Position numbers and translations under genes: made by a program. A stretch of 64,000 nucleotides of DNA from a virus (Duplodnaviria; Caudoviricetes): positions 32,001-96,000 of the IMG/VR virus record IMGVR_UViG_2786546475_000015; one strand, 5' to 3'. Under the pieces are notes generated by a model. The model saw nothing but the letters and a program-made list of their open reading frames with translations, had not been told where the DNA came from and made no database searches. Shown here piece after piece: positions 55,091 through 64,000 of the stretch (its first letter is position 1; every line of letters begins with the position of its first letter).

Positions 55091-57041
55091 CAGGTCATAT
55101 AGTTTACACGGACGACATTGTTCGTATTACATGGAATGGTAGTTCTACTTTTAACATTTACAGGCTATCATACGATGGTGCATATTGGATTAACATTGAT
55201 GTATTTACCGTTTATTTTGATGATTCTGACAAGTTAGAAAAAGCAAAAAATATTGCTAAAAATCATATGAAAGAAATTTATGAGGGTTATTAATGGGAAA
55301 TATCAAATACCGTATGTATTTAAAAGACGACAATGGGTATATCGAAGGTGATGATATCGGTGATATGATTAAGAAAGCTAATGAAATGGGTTATCGTGCG
55401 TCAAATTTCGATTTCGAGATCATTATAACCGTTCATAAACCAATTGATTATGTCGATATTAAAACGACAATTATGCCCGAAAATATTTCTTTTGAAACAA
55501 TTTCTTAATTAATTACCAAAAGCCCTTGCATTGCAGGGGCTTTTTTGTTACCATGTATTTGTCGGTTGGGAAAACAAACAAAGGAGAACATCATGGCTTA
55601 CGTATCCAAAGAATTGAAAAGCAAACTAGTAGCGAAACTTAAACCGCTTATGAAAGAGTATGGCGTTCGCGCTACTTATAAAGTTCTAAACCATTCTAAA
55701 TTAGATATCAATATTCGTAGTGGTAAGTTGTTTAAAATCGCCAACGAAGATTCAATGTCTGTTTATGGTATTGGTAGCGAACCAAGTAAAGGTATTATCG
55801 AATCATTTGGTAGCGATTCAAAAGAAATTGAATTGTTGAAGAAAATCTTTGATATCATTAACGAAGAAAATTATGATAATTCAGACGCTATGACTGATTA
55901 CTTCGATGTCGGTTTCTATTGGGAAATCAATATCGGTACTTGGGATAAACCTTACAAGTGGGTAGGTGAGTAATGAAAATCAAAATTAATGTTTTAATGA
56001 AACATCAATGGGGTGATTTCGATATAGAAATTAAAGAACCTGTTATCGCGTTTAAAGATCCAGAAGAAGCCAAGATCCAATTAGCAGAAAGAAAACAAAC
56101 CGAAACTATTAATGAATATGGCGAGAAAGACTTCTGGTATTCATTAAAAACAATTACTTTGGAGGAATAATGCGTAGAGTTAATATAGAACGTCCTAATG
56201 GCGAAGCGTACTGGTTTGATACAGCATACAAAAATGGTGTTGATATCATTCGCGAATACATCGAAGAACGTGCGACCGAAGAAGGTATTGACGAATTCGT
56301 TTCTGGTGTGTATACTGTTCACTATGACATGGGGATTGCAGAAGAAGTTGAATACACCGCCCCAAAATTTGTGTTGAAATAATTTACAAAAGGAAATATT
56401 ATGAAAACGTTAGTTACTTTAAAAACAACTCAAACAATATTACACTTGAATTCAATTCTACATATGAGTTGTTCATGTACGTAAAACGACACGGTATCGA
56501 TTTAAGCGGTTATTCTATTAATGCATTTGTTCGTGCGCCTGTCGCCGTAGAATGTGTTGTAATTAATACTACTATTCTTTAAGGAGATATTATGCGATTA
56601 GTAGAATTGAAATTTCCAGATGATGAAAAATTTTACAAATTCCAAACTTTCGAAGTCAAGAAAGAAAAGATTCTCGAAGCGTATATCGAAGAATGTGCTG
56701 TTGTTAATGGTTTAACATCATTCCCTAGTGGGGTTGTCGTTATTAAAGACGGTGATGAATACAAATATGTATCATACAAAAAACCAGAGTTTAAATCAGT
56801 AAAGTATGGTGTTGATTTGTTTATTAATAAAATCCTATTTAACGCCGATCCAGCGAACACATGTTGTGTAGAAAATGATGTTTGGGATGAATACTTTGCA
56901 GAAGCCGTTGAATTTATGATTTCGGATGAATCTGATATAAATAATGTATTATCAGAATCATTTGGTACGGAAATCGAATTAGATGAAACTACCAGAAATA
57001 TTATCAACGGAGTAAAACGTGAAATTCAACGAGCTTTATAG
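55087..57041 (+). other. Inserted early-gene module of about 7 small ORFs (55087-55293, 55293-55508, 55593-55973, 55973-56170, 56170-56382, 56401-56582 frameshifted, 56592-57041)
   Basis: Follows cassettes C and D and sits between nrdB and rnlA. Confidence 0.7.
55518..55595 (+). promoter_or_regulatory. Fused terminator-promoter-RBS cassette, copy D
   Basis: aaaagcccttgc-att-gcaggggctttt; TTGCAT 55526, 17 bp, TACCAT 55549; AAGGAG; ATG 55593. Confidence 0.85.
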
Positions 57042-57459
57042 CGAATTATTAGAATACGTAACAGGTGGTAGTCGTTCGCCAAAGAAATACGATAAAAGTG
57101 AAGAAGCAGAAAACGCAAAGAAATCAGCACTACAAGCGACTTATTCTAGTGGTATGAAAATTGCGGTATCAACTCATGCGGGTTCACAAGCAAAAGTAAG
57201 ACGTTCAGATTTAGAGCCAAATGATTGGCGTACATATCTTAAACGAGCCACTAAAGCGTTAAAAGGTAAACCAGAGGGTGATTACCTTATCTATTCAAAA
57301 CAATTGGAACAGGGCGTTGTCATGGCGTTTTATCCCAATAATAAACTGTTACGATTGATTACAGTTTTACCTAAAGGAAAAGGATTCGCTAAAGCGGGTA
57401 CTGAAAAGGTCATGGTAGAGAGCGTAGAAGTAGAACTAGAGGTTATTGAGGTTAAATAA
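57019..57459 (+). CDS. Putative internal head protein with a capsid-targeting-like leader
   Basis: MKFNELYSELLE leader (LxE site); GGAG RBS; TATAAATA at 56936-56943 upstream. Confidence 0.5.
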   Translation: MKFNELYSELLEYVTGGSRSPKKYDKSEEAENAKKSALQATYSSGMKIAVSTHAGSQAKVRRSDLEPNDWRTYLKRATKALKGKPEGDYLIYSKQLEQGVVMAFYPNNKLLRLITVLPKGKGFAKAGTEKVMVESVEVELEVIEVK

Positions 57460-57718
57460 TGAGTAATTTAAGTTCGAGAAATGTGTGTAGCGAACTATTC
57501 GATATTCAGAAAATACAGGATATGTCTTTACCGCGATTGAAAAAATTCAAAACAGCTTGTTATAAAGCTATCGGTAATCGTTTTTTGCGTTGCGATTATT
57601 GTGGTGAATTGCATTGTGAATACGCAAAATACAATACAGATGACGAAATTGTGTTAAAAGAAAAAGAAATTTCGGATATTAACATGAACAATATTAACAA
57701 AGTTATGGCAAACAAATC

Positions 57719-58867
57719 ATGAAGCAAATGTATGACAATTTAAAGGCGTTGACACAAAAGAATGATATGTTTTTTAGTTCTATTCAAACAACGCCAAGTA
57801 ATAAACCAGTAGAGATTTTTAGTTACCACATCGCTAGTTATAGTGATTGGTTAGAACCCGATGCTATCGAGTGCCGTGGTATTATGTTTGATATCACGGA
57901 TAAAGAAAATCCAGTAATCCTTTCGCGCCCGATGGAAAAATTCTTTAACCTTGGTGAAAATCCTTTAGCTTTACCAGAAGATGTGTTACCGTTAGTTAAA
58001 ACCATCGAAGAAAAACGTGATGGTTCATTGATTAGTACATATTTAGACGATGGTAAGTTGTACACAAAAAGTAAAGGTTCGCTTTATAGTGACCAAGCTA
58101 ACGACTCTAATCGCTTTTTAATGCGTTCAGAGAACAAAGATTTTAAGCAAGCCCTTAAAACATTGGCAGAATTGGGTTATACCGCGAATATGGAATACAC
58201 TTCGCCCAAAAACCAAATCGTATTAAAGTATGAGAAACAAGAATTAATTGTTTTAAATATTCGTAATACCGAAACAGGTGATTATTTAACGCTTGATGAT
58301 TTGGCTGAATTAGATGCCGAAAATCCAGAACATACTATTTATACGCATATCGCGGAACGATTTGTTGATTACGAAGAAGTTGATGGTATGTCCGACGAAG
58401 ATGTTGAACGTATTCGTGATATGAAAGGTATCGAGGGTTATGTGTTAGTTGGTCAGAATCAACGAGTTAAGTTAAAAACTGATTGGTACGTTAACTTACA
58501 TCGATTGAAAGATAACATTAACAACAATCGTCGATTAGTAGAAAGTGTTGTAGAAAGTCGTACAGATGATTTACGTCAATTATTTGAACACGACCAAGGA
58601 AGTATTGACAAAATTAAAGAATTTGAGCAATACGTATTAAGTAAAATTAAGTCTTGTTTAGCCGAGGTTCGTACTGTTTATGAACGTGTAAAACATTTAG
58701 ATCGTAAACATTATGCTATCAACGCACAACGATATGTTGACTACACACCTTTGTTTAGTGTTATTATGCGTCAATTCGACGATTATAACGAAGAAAATGT
58801 AGTAGAAAATATTAAACAAATCGCATTAAAAAATGTAGACGATTTTATTCCTATGCATTATAAGTGA
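57719..58867 (+). CDS. rnlA: RNA ligase 1 / tail-fibre attachment catalyst
   Basis: ECRGIMF, RPMEKFFNLGEN, motif I KRDGSLISTY, KSKGS, EGYV, KLKTDWY..LH. Confidence 0.96.
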   Translation: MKQMYDNLKALTQKNDMFFSSIQTTPSNKPVEIFSYHIASYSDWLEPDAIECRGIMFDITDKENPVILSRPMEKFFNLGENPLALPEDVLPLVKTIEEKRDGSLISTYLDDGKLYTKSKGSLYSDQANDSNRFLMRSENKDFKQALKTLAELGYTANMEYTSPKNQIVLKYEKQELIVLNIRNTETGDYLTLDDLAELDAENPEHTIYTHIAERFVDYEEVDGMSDEDVERIRDMKGIEGYVLVGQNQRVKLKTDWYVNLHRLKDNINNNRRLVESVVESRTDDLRQLFEHDQGSIDKIKEFEQYVLSKIKSCLAEVRTVYERVKHLDRKHYAINAQRYVDYTPLFSVIMRQFDDYNEENVVENIKQIALKNVDDFIPMHYK

Positions 58868-58873
58868 GGTTAT

Positions 58874-59374
58874 ATGATTATTGGTTATGAGAAGGGTGAT
58901 TGGGTTCAATTAGCGTTAGAAGCTATCGACAACGAAGCCCCGTTATGGTTTGGTCATGGTTGTAACTGTCGAAAAACGATGGGTGCTGGTGTGGCTGAAC
59001 AAGTAAGAAAACGTATTCCCGCATTATACGAAGCGGATCAAATGACAAATACTAACTGGTTAGGTAATTGGTCATTCTGGATGCCTAGAGGTCGAGATCA
59101 TTCAATGATGTTGTTTAATCTTTATACACAGAAAAATTTGGGTGCAGACGCTCGATTAAAATCTATTTTTGATGTATTTACTAGATTAAACGATTTATAT
59201 TTAACTCTAAAACTTGCTATGAATAAAGGGTTTCCGTATAGTATTCCGACTGAAATTGTAATTCCTATGATCGGTTGCGGTATTGGTGGTTTGAAATGGG
59301 AAGATGTAGCCAAAGTCATTGACGAAGCCACACCAGATTTACCAGTACGTGTTATCGAATGGGAACGGAGTTGA
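58874..59374 (+). CDS. Macrodomain protein (T4 tk.4-like)
   Basis: HGCNC..TMGAGVA, NLYTQ, PMIGCGIGGLKW. Confidence 0.9.
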   Translation: MIIGYEKGDWVQLALEAIDNEAPLWFGHGCNCRKTMGAGVAEQVRKRIPALYEADQMTNTNWLGNWSFWMPRGRDHSMMLFNLYTQKNLGADARLKSIFDVFTRLNDLYLTLKLAMNKGFPYSIPTEIVIPMIGCGIGGLKWEDVAKVIDEATPDLPVRVIEWERS

Positions 59375-59662
59375 TATGGATAAGAAATATGTAGCACGAC
59401 AATTAGCATTAGTAGTGAGAAATATTCAAAAGGGATTTCGCGAGCCTGTTGGTATTAATATAAAAATGGATAGCGAATTCGATATCAATAGTGATATTAT
59501 CGATATGGATGAATATTATATTTGTCTAGAAAATTATGGATATGAATTCAATTTTTTTAAATCGGTGACACATTTTAAAGGTCGGAAAATTACTTGGAGT
59601 TTAAATATATATTTGACCGACATAATCAAAAACATTCCAGATAAACGAGTAAGAGAGTATTT

Positions 59663-60118
59663 ATGTTCTATGAACCAAAAAAATTCACAGTAAAAGAATT
59701 AGTACCGCCAGAAGTTTATGAAGCGCGTGGTGAAAAAGCGTTGGAATTGATTGATGTTAGGATCGTCATGATTCTCGATCATTTACGCGAAAAGCTTGAT
59801 AAACCGATTACGGTTAATAGTTGGTCGTGGGGTGGTCATTATAGCCAATCTGGTTTACGTGATGTTGGTCATTACGGTTCGTCTGAAAAATATTTCAATA
59901 GCTTTAGTCAACACAAATACGGTCGTGGTGTTGATTTCCGTGTAAAAGGTATGACAGCCGAAGAAGTACGTCAATATATCTACGACCATAAAGACGAAGG
60001 CGCGTTGAAATATGTTACGTTCGTCGAAGAAGATGTATCGTGGGTACACGTAGACGTACGTAATTGCGAACGAATCACGCGTTGGAGTCCAGATAGAGGA
60101 TTTTTGGAACGCTTATGA
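59663..60118 (+). CDS. Peptidase M15-family Zn endopeptidase (candidate endolysin)
   Basis: LR.KL.KPI.VNSW...SGLR, SQHKYGRGVD, WVHVD zinc ligands. Confidence 0.85.
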   Translation: MFYEPKKFTVKELVPPEVYEARGEKALELIDVRIVMILDHLREKLDKPITVNSWSWGGHYSQSGLRDVGHYGSSEKYFNSFSQHKYGRGVDFRVKGMTAEEVRQYIYDHKDEGALKYVTFVEEDVSWVHVDVRNCERITRWSPDRGFLERL

Positions 60119-60334
60119 AATTAAGCTATCAACAAGAAAAATTTATCAACTATTTGTTAGATGATTTTAGATTTACTATCGGTTGTAATAGTCGAGGTTA
60201 TACTATTAAATCGGTAGTAAATTTCAATTGCACGTTATACTTGACTATGACTTTTAGATCTTTATTGAATAAAGGATTAGTTTCGGTTAGCGAAAATAGA
60301 GTTATACTAACAAACAAAGCGAGAGAACTTTATG

Positions 60335-60362
60335 ATCCGTGTTGGTAAACACGGATTTTTTT
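60335..60362 (+). terminator. Intrinsic terminator
   Basis: atccgtgtt-ggta-aacacggat plus T-run. Confidence 0.75.
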
Positions 60363-60790
60363 GTATAGGTGATGTATGTTAAATAATAGTGAAATTGAAA
60401 CAATAGAAAATCAAGTAAGAGAGTATAATAAAACTGTTGATACCGACGAAAATACTTCTACGCGTGTATCGATGGGTTATAGTAATGAAAAGATTCAAGA
60501 TCAACGTATCCCTAATCTTAAACATATGCGATTATGCACTGATTTAAATCAAATCGAGGATGAACGGTTAAGATTGCAAATTAAACGCGACTACGCGCTT
60601 ATGAGTAAGCGATTTAATGATATGCGAGATAAGTGCGAACATCTTAAAAATGATATCTATGATACGTTCCCTACACAGATTACTAGATTAACTAAAGATG
60701 TACGAGATCAACTTGAAAACGAAAATCGATTGTTTTATGTAAACGATGGTAACCAATATATTATTTTACCATTTCCAGTAGAGAAAATTA

Positions 60791-60818
60791 TTGACAATAA
60801 AAACTAGTCGTGTATTAT
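60791..60818 (+). promoter_or_regulatory. Class II promoter (16-bp spacer) upstream of the frd-pseT block
   Basis: TTGACA-N16-TATTAT. Confidence 0.7.
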
Positions 60819-61022
60819 GACTAAGTAACATAACAAAGGTGATTCTATGAATAACTACTTTTCTAGCGTTGGATGTATGCCACGTCATTACTTTGAAGTT
60901 GTTATCTTAAACAAATGGGCTTTTACTACGGCGATTTGCCATAGAAATGTAAAACTATCTGATGGTAGTCATTGGAATCACCTTTTTAAAGGGTTCTATA
61001 TAAAACAAAACACAAATAAGGG

Positions 61023-61559
61023 ATGGTAATGAAATTTAATTTGATTATGGCTGTTGATTTTGCCGATAATATCGGTAAGGGCGATGGTTTACCTTGGAAA
61101 CAAAAAGCTGATATGATTCGATTCGTAGAACTTACAGACGGTCATACCGTTGTCATGGGGCGTAAGACGTTTGAATCAATCGGCAAAAAATTACCAAATC
61201 GCATTAATTTGGTTGTCACATCCGAACCAGAAAAAATGGAAGAAAAGTATGGCGACCAAGGTTTAAGTTTAATATTTCTCAATTTCGAATCGCTGAAAGA
61301 ATTTCTTGATACTACTAGTTTCACAAAAGATAAGGTATTCTTCATTGGTGGTCGTTCCATTTGGGAATGGGCTTTTGAAAATGGGTATGCGGAATGTGTT
61401 TACCTAACTACCGTATGTAATGCGCGGGTTGATTTAGGTGATATCAAATATCCAGAAATTAGCGAGCGAATAAAAGAATACGATGTTGTTTACGATTTGT
61501 TTGCAACACAAGACAAAGACAATGATTTCAATTGCCGATTCTACAAGTTGAAACTATGA
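61023..61559 (+). CDS. frd: Dihydrofolate reductase
   Basis: IG....LPW...DM..F...T.GH.VVMGRKTFESIG..LPNR.N.V; FIGG. Confidence 0.95.
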   Translation: MVMKFNLIMAVDFADNIGKGDGLPWKQKADMIRFVELTDGHTVVMGRKTFESIGKKLPNRINLVVTSEPEKMEEKYGDQGLSLIFLNFESLKEFLDTTSFTKDKVFFIGGRSIWEWAFENGYAECVYLTTVCNARVDLGDIKYPEISERIKEYDVVYDLFATQDKDNDFNCRFYKLKL

Positions 61560-62044
61560 AACTGATTTTATTACTATTATCATTACTATCATTCAATGCG
61601 GTCGCTTCGTGTACCGCATTTGATTTCAATCAACGTAACGTATTACAACGTGCATATGATTATGGCGTTGAATATGATATGGGTTGGTCTTTAGCGGCTA
61701 TCGCATGGAAAGAATCAAGCGCTGGTCGTAATATGGCTAATTGGAATGATCCAAGTGTTGGTGTATTTCATAACCTATTAAAGTCGGTAGCTAAACGCGA
61801 GGGTGTATACGGTAACGAGGAAAAAGAAGTTATTCTAATCGTACGTCTTATGCACGAATTTGAGTTTAGTGCTAAACACGCTGTTCTAGAATTGAAATAT
61901 TGGCAGAAACAATACGGTAAAGATTGGCGAAAAATTTGGTCAAGTTATAACGCTGGCTGGAATTGGTTCAATGGAATTAAATACAGCGATGATATCGCTA
62001 ACAAAATTCAATATTTAAAACGAAATAAATGTATTAAGGTATGA
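61556..62044 (+). CDS. Secreted lytic transglycosylase-like protein (T4 vs.1-like)
   Basis: Signal peptide ending AVA; AIAWKESSAG (catalytic ES), EL.YW, SYNAG. Confidence 0.82.
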   Translation: MKLILLLLSLLSFNAVASCTAFDFNQRNVLQRAYDYGVEYDMGWSLAAIAWKESSAGRNMANWNDPSVGVFHNLLKSVAKREGVYGNEEKEVILIVRLMHEFEFSAKHAVLELKYWQKQYGKDWRKIWSSYNAGWNWFNGIKYSDDIANKIQYLKRNKCIKV

Positions 62045-62045
62045 T

Positions 62046-62468
62046 ATGATTAAGAATTTTATATCGAGTTACGCCCTACCTATTATAATTGGTATACTAT
62101 TATCTACTGGTGGCGCGTTGTGGTGGCAATCGTTAAAAATAGATGATTTAAACCAAACGATTAAGACTCAATCGAACAAAATTTCTGAATTAAATACCGC
62201 CAACGAAAATATGAGGGCGACTATTAATAATTTAGAATCAGATATCGAAACAGAGAAAGCTAAATTAGCTGATGTAAGCGATTTAAATCGCGAATACGAG
62301 CAAAAGTTACGTGATTCACAAGAACAGTTGGAACAAGCTAAAGGTCGTCAAGAGATTGTTTGGAAAAAACCGACATTAGTTCAACGCATGATACGTTCTA
62401 ATTATAGTGATTTCGTAAATCAACTATCATGTATAACAGGGGCTAAAGAAAAATGTTCAGAGCAATAA
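62046..62468 (+). CDS. pseT.3: Inner-membrane spanin (Rz-like)
   Basis: N-terminal TM, long coiled coil, KP.LV, C-terminal cysteines. Confidence 0.82.
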   Translation: MIKNFISSYALPIIIGILLSTGGALWWQSLKIDDLNQTIKTQSNKISELNTANENMRATINNLESDIETEKAKLADVSDLNREYEQKLRDSQEQLEQAKGRQEIVWKKPTLVQRMIRSNYSDFVNQLSCITGAKEKCSEQ

Positions 62469-62830
62469 TTTTAATATCTACTCTATTACTTGGTTCATGT
62501 TCTATATTAACACCAGAACCAGAAGTGATTAGAGATACAGAATACGTAGAAAAGCCTTTACTACATCCAGATATGCCTAGACCACTACGTGCGTATAATC
62601 CCGATTGGATGGTTATTACAAAAGAAACGATAGCAGAACAACCAGATAATTTTGTGGCTCAAGGTCTTGAATGGGATCAAGGACAAGAATACGCTATTTG
62701 GTTAGAAGATGTTAAGCGTTATATCAATCAATTATTATTGGTTGCTTGTTCTTATCGTGGTGAATTAGATGAACAAGTTTGTGATAACGTAAAAAAGAAA
62801 CAAAAAGAGGTTGAAAATGATTCCAAGTAA
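62453..62830 (+). CDS. pseT.2: Outer-membrane spanin lipoprotein (Rz1-like)
   Basis: Lipobox LGS-C, Pro-rich, WL.DV.RY..Q....C.YR..L.E..C. Confidence 0.85.
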   Translation: MFRAIILISTLLLGSCSILTPEPEVIRDTEYVEKPLLHPDMPRPLRAYNPDWMVITKETIAEQPDNFVAQGLEWDQGQEYAIWLEDVKRYINQLLLVACSYRGELDEQVCDNVKKKQKEVENDSK

Positions 62831-63038
62831 AGGTACTATTATAAAAATACCAGAAAATACCATCGGTTACATTAAACGTTCTACCGACAATCGCGTTGAT
62901 TACGAGATTCAAGTAGGCAAAGATTCTTATCTATGTACCGAATTTTCTGTAAAAGGAACTACTTACATTAAAGATGGATTATTTAAAGTAGTAGGTAGTA
63001 TTGAAATTCAGAAAACTTTAAAAACAGCGAAGTGATAT

Positions 63039-63992
63039 ATGAATAAATTTATTATGCTTACCGTGGGTGCAAGTTCTAGCGGTAAAACTAGTGATGTATT
63101 AAGTCGGTTTAAGAAAGAAATTAAAAGCGGTGAAGTAGTAAACGTTAATCGCGACGATATTCGTTTTGGGTTGTTTACTGATGGTGAACGCGATTGGACA
63201 CGTTACAAGTTCAATAAGAAAAATGAAGCATTGGTTACTACGGAACAAGATGAACGTATCCAAAAAGCCATTGATAACGAACAAAGTATCATTATCAGTG
63301 ATACCAACTTGAATCCGAAAATTCGTCAAAAGTTCTATGAATTAGCACAAAAGCATGATTACGATATTTTTGAGTACAATTATCATGTATCATGGGATGA
63401 ATTAGTTAAACGTAATGCACAACGTTATGGTGGCGTTAACGAATCACTGTTATGGTCTATGTTCAAACGGATGTGTCGGTATACTTGCATTTATCCGTCT
63501 AAGAAAGAGCAGTTTCAGTTTGAATCATACAAAGAAGAACCAACGTTAGACAGTACTATTATTGTTGATATGGATGGTACGACTTGCGACATGACAGGTA
63601 TTCGTAAGCCTTATGAATGGCATAAAGTAAGTCAAGATCGTCCACGTCATGAAATCATCGATATGGTTCGTGGATTGGCTATGACTACTGGACATGTTAC
63701 GTTTTTGTCTGGTCGCGATGGTCAATGTTATGACGATACATGGGATTATATTGATACCCATATCATGACAGACGATATGAAACGTTTGGATATTAAATGG
63801 GATCTTTATATGCGCGAAGAAGGCGATCAACGTAAAGACGATATCGTTAAATACGAACTTTACGATGAATTTATTCGCGGTCGCTTCAATGTTAGCGCGG
63901 TATTCGATGATCGCAAAAGCGTAATCCGTATGTGGAGCGCAATCGGTCTACCGAATATAGTAGATGTTGGTTCGTATAATGTCGAATTCTGA
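63039..63992 (+). CDS. pseT: Polynucleotide 5'-kinase / 3'-phosphatase
   Basis: P-loop GASSSGKT, NRDDIR, SDTNLN; HAD domain DMDGT, SGR, R..D.RKD..VK, DDR. Confidence 0.96.
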   Translation: MNKFIMLTVGASSSGKTSDVLSRFKKEIKSGEVVNVNRDDIRFGLFTDGERDWTRYKFNKKNEALVTTEQDERIQKAIDNEQSIIISDTNLNPKIRQKFYELAQKHDYDIFEYNYHVSWDELVKRNAQRYGGVNESLLWSMFKRMCRYTCIYPSKKEQFQFESYKEEPTLDSTIIVDMDGTTCDMTGIRKPYEWHKVSQDRPRHEIIDMVRGLAMTTGHVTFLSGRDGQCYDDTWDYIDTHIMTDDMKRLDIKWDLYMREEGDQRKDDIVKYELYDEFIRGRFNVSAVFDDRKSVIRMWSAIGLPNIVDVGSYNVEF

Positions 63993-64000
63993 TTTAGGTA

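Noticed and set aside
11279-55595. CRISPR array or IS ends for the repeated hairpin element
   Set aside because: Copies are dispersed with no regular spacers, and there is no transposase or target-site duplication.
60376-60807. alc homolog by position
   Set aside because: No convincing similarity to T4 Alc; left as hypothetical.
178-63830. Antisense and alternate-frame ORFs in the track (e.g. 178-516, 34135-34518, 39246-39731, 45843-46202, 56633-57007)
   Set aside because: They are shadow frames of well-supported genes and have no recognisable motifs.
1-64000. Genome-wide TAG reassignment (code 15)
   Set aside because: All core genes are intact under the standard code and several genes end normally at TAG (e.g. 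24345, 26628, 30822). Only one internal TAG was seen.
1-64000. tRNA or rRNA genes
   Set aside because: No cloverleaf or T-loop signature was noticed in the few intergenic gaps; this was not checked with a covariance model.

Overview
This window is a 64-kb segment of an AT-rich, lytic T4-like (Straboviridae-type) phage genome; the host is not identifiable from the sequence. Positions 1-31.9 kb are a hyperplastic accessory region of about 100 small plus-strand ORFs. Recognisable genes there include the dam C-terminus, dexA, two MazG-like genes, a RyR-domain gene, denA, an ACP fusion, gp30.2, gp30.3/NADAR and srd. Next come rIIA/rIIB, holin t and asiA, then a minus-strand long-tail-fibre cluster (gp34, gp35, two gp36-headed distal fibres and a tip adhesin). 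The core replication and nucleotide block follows: rnh-33-59-32-td-nrdA-nrdB, an inserted early-gene cassette, rnlA, a macrodomain gene, an M15 peptidase, frd, a vs.1-like transglycosylase, spanins and pseT. The most notable observations are: (1) the thymidylate synthase carries Asp at the Asn177 dUMP/dCMP specificity position, making it a candidate natural dCMP methylase; (2) two tandem gp36-gp37 fusion fibres share both ends at DNA level; (3) a dispersed family of fused terminator-promoter-RBS cassettes has the -35 box inside the terminator stem; (4) a MazG gene sits next to an acyl-carrier-protein fusion; (5) there is a cluster of host-mimic and counter-defence candidates. All gene calls come from recalled sequence motifs and synteny; no database search was run.
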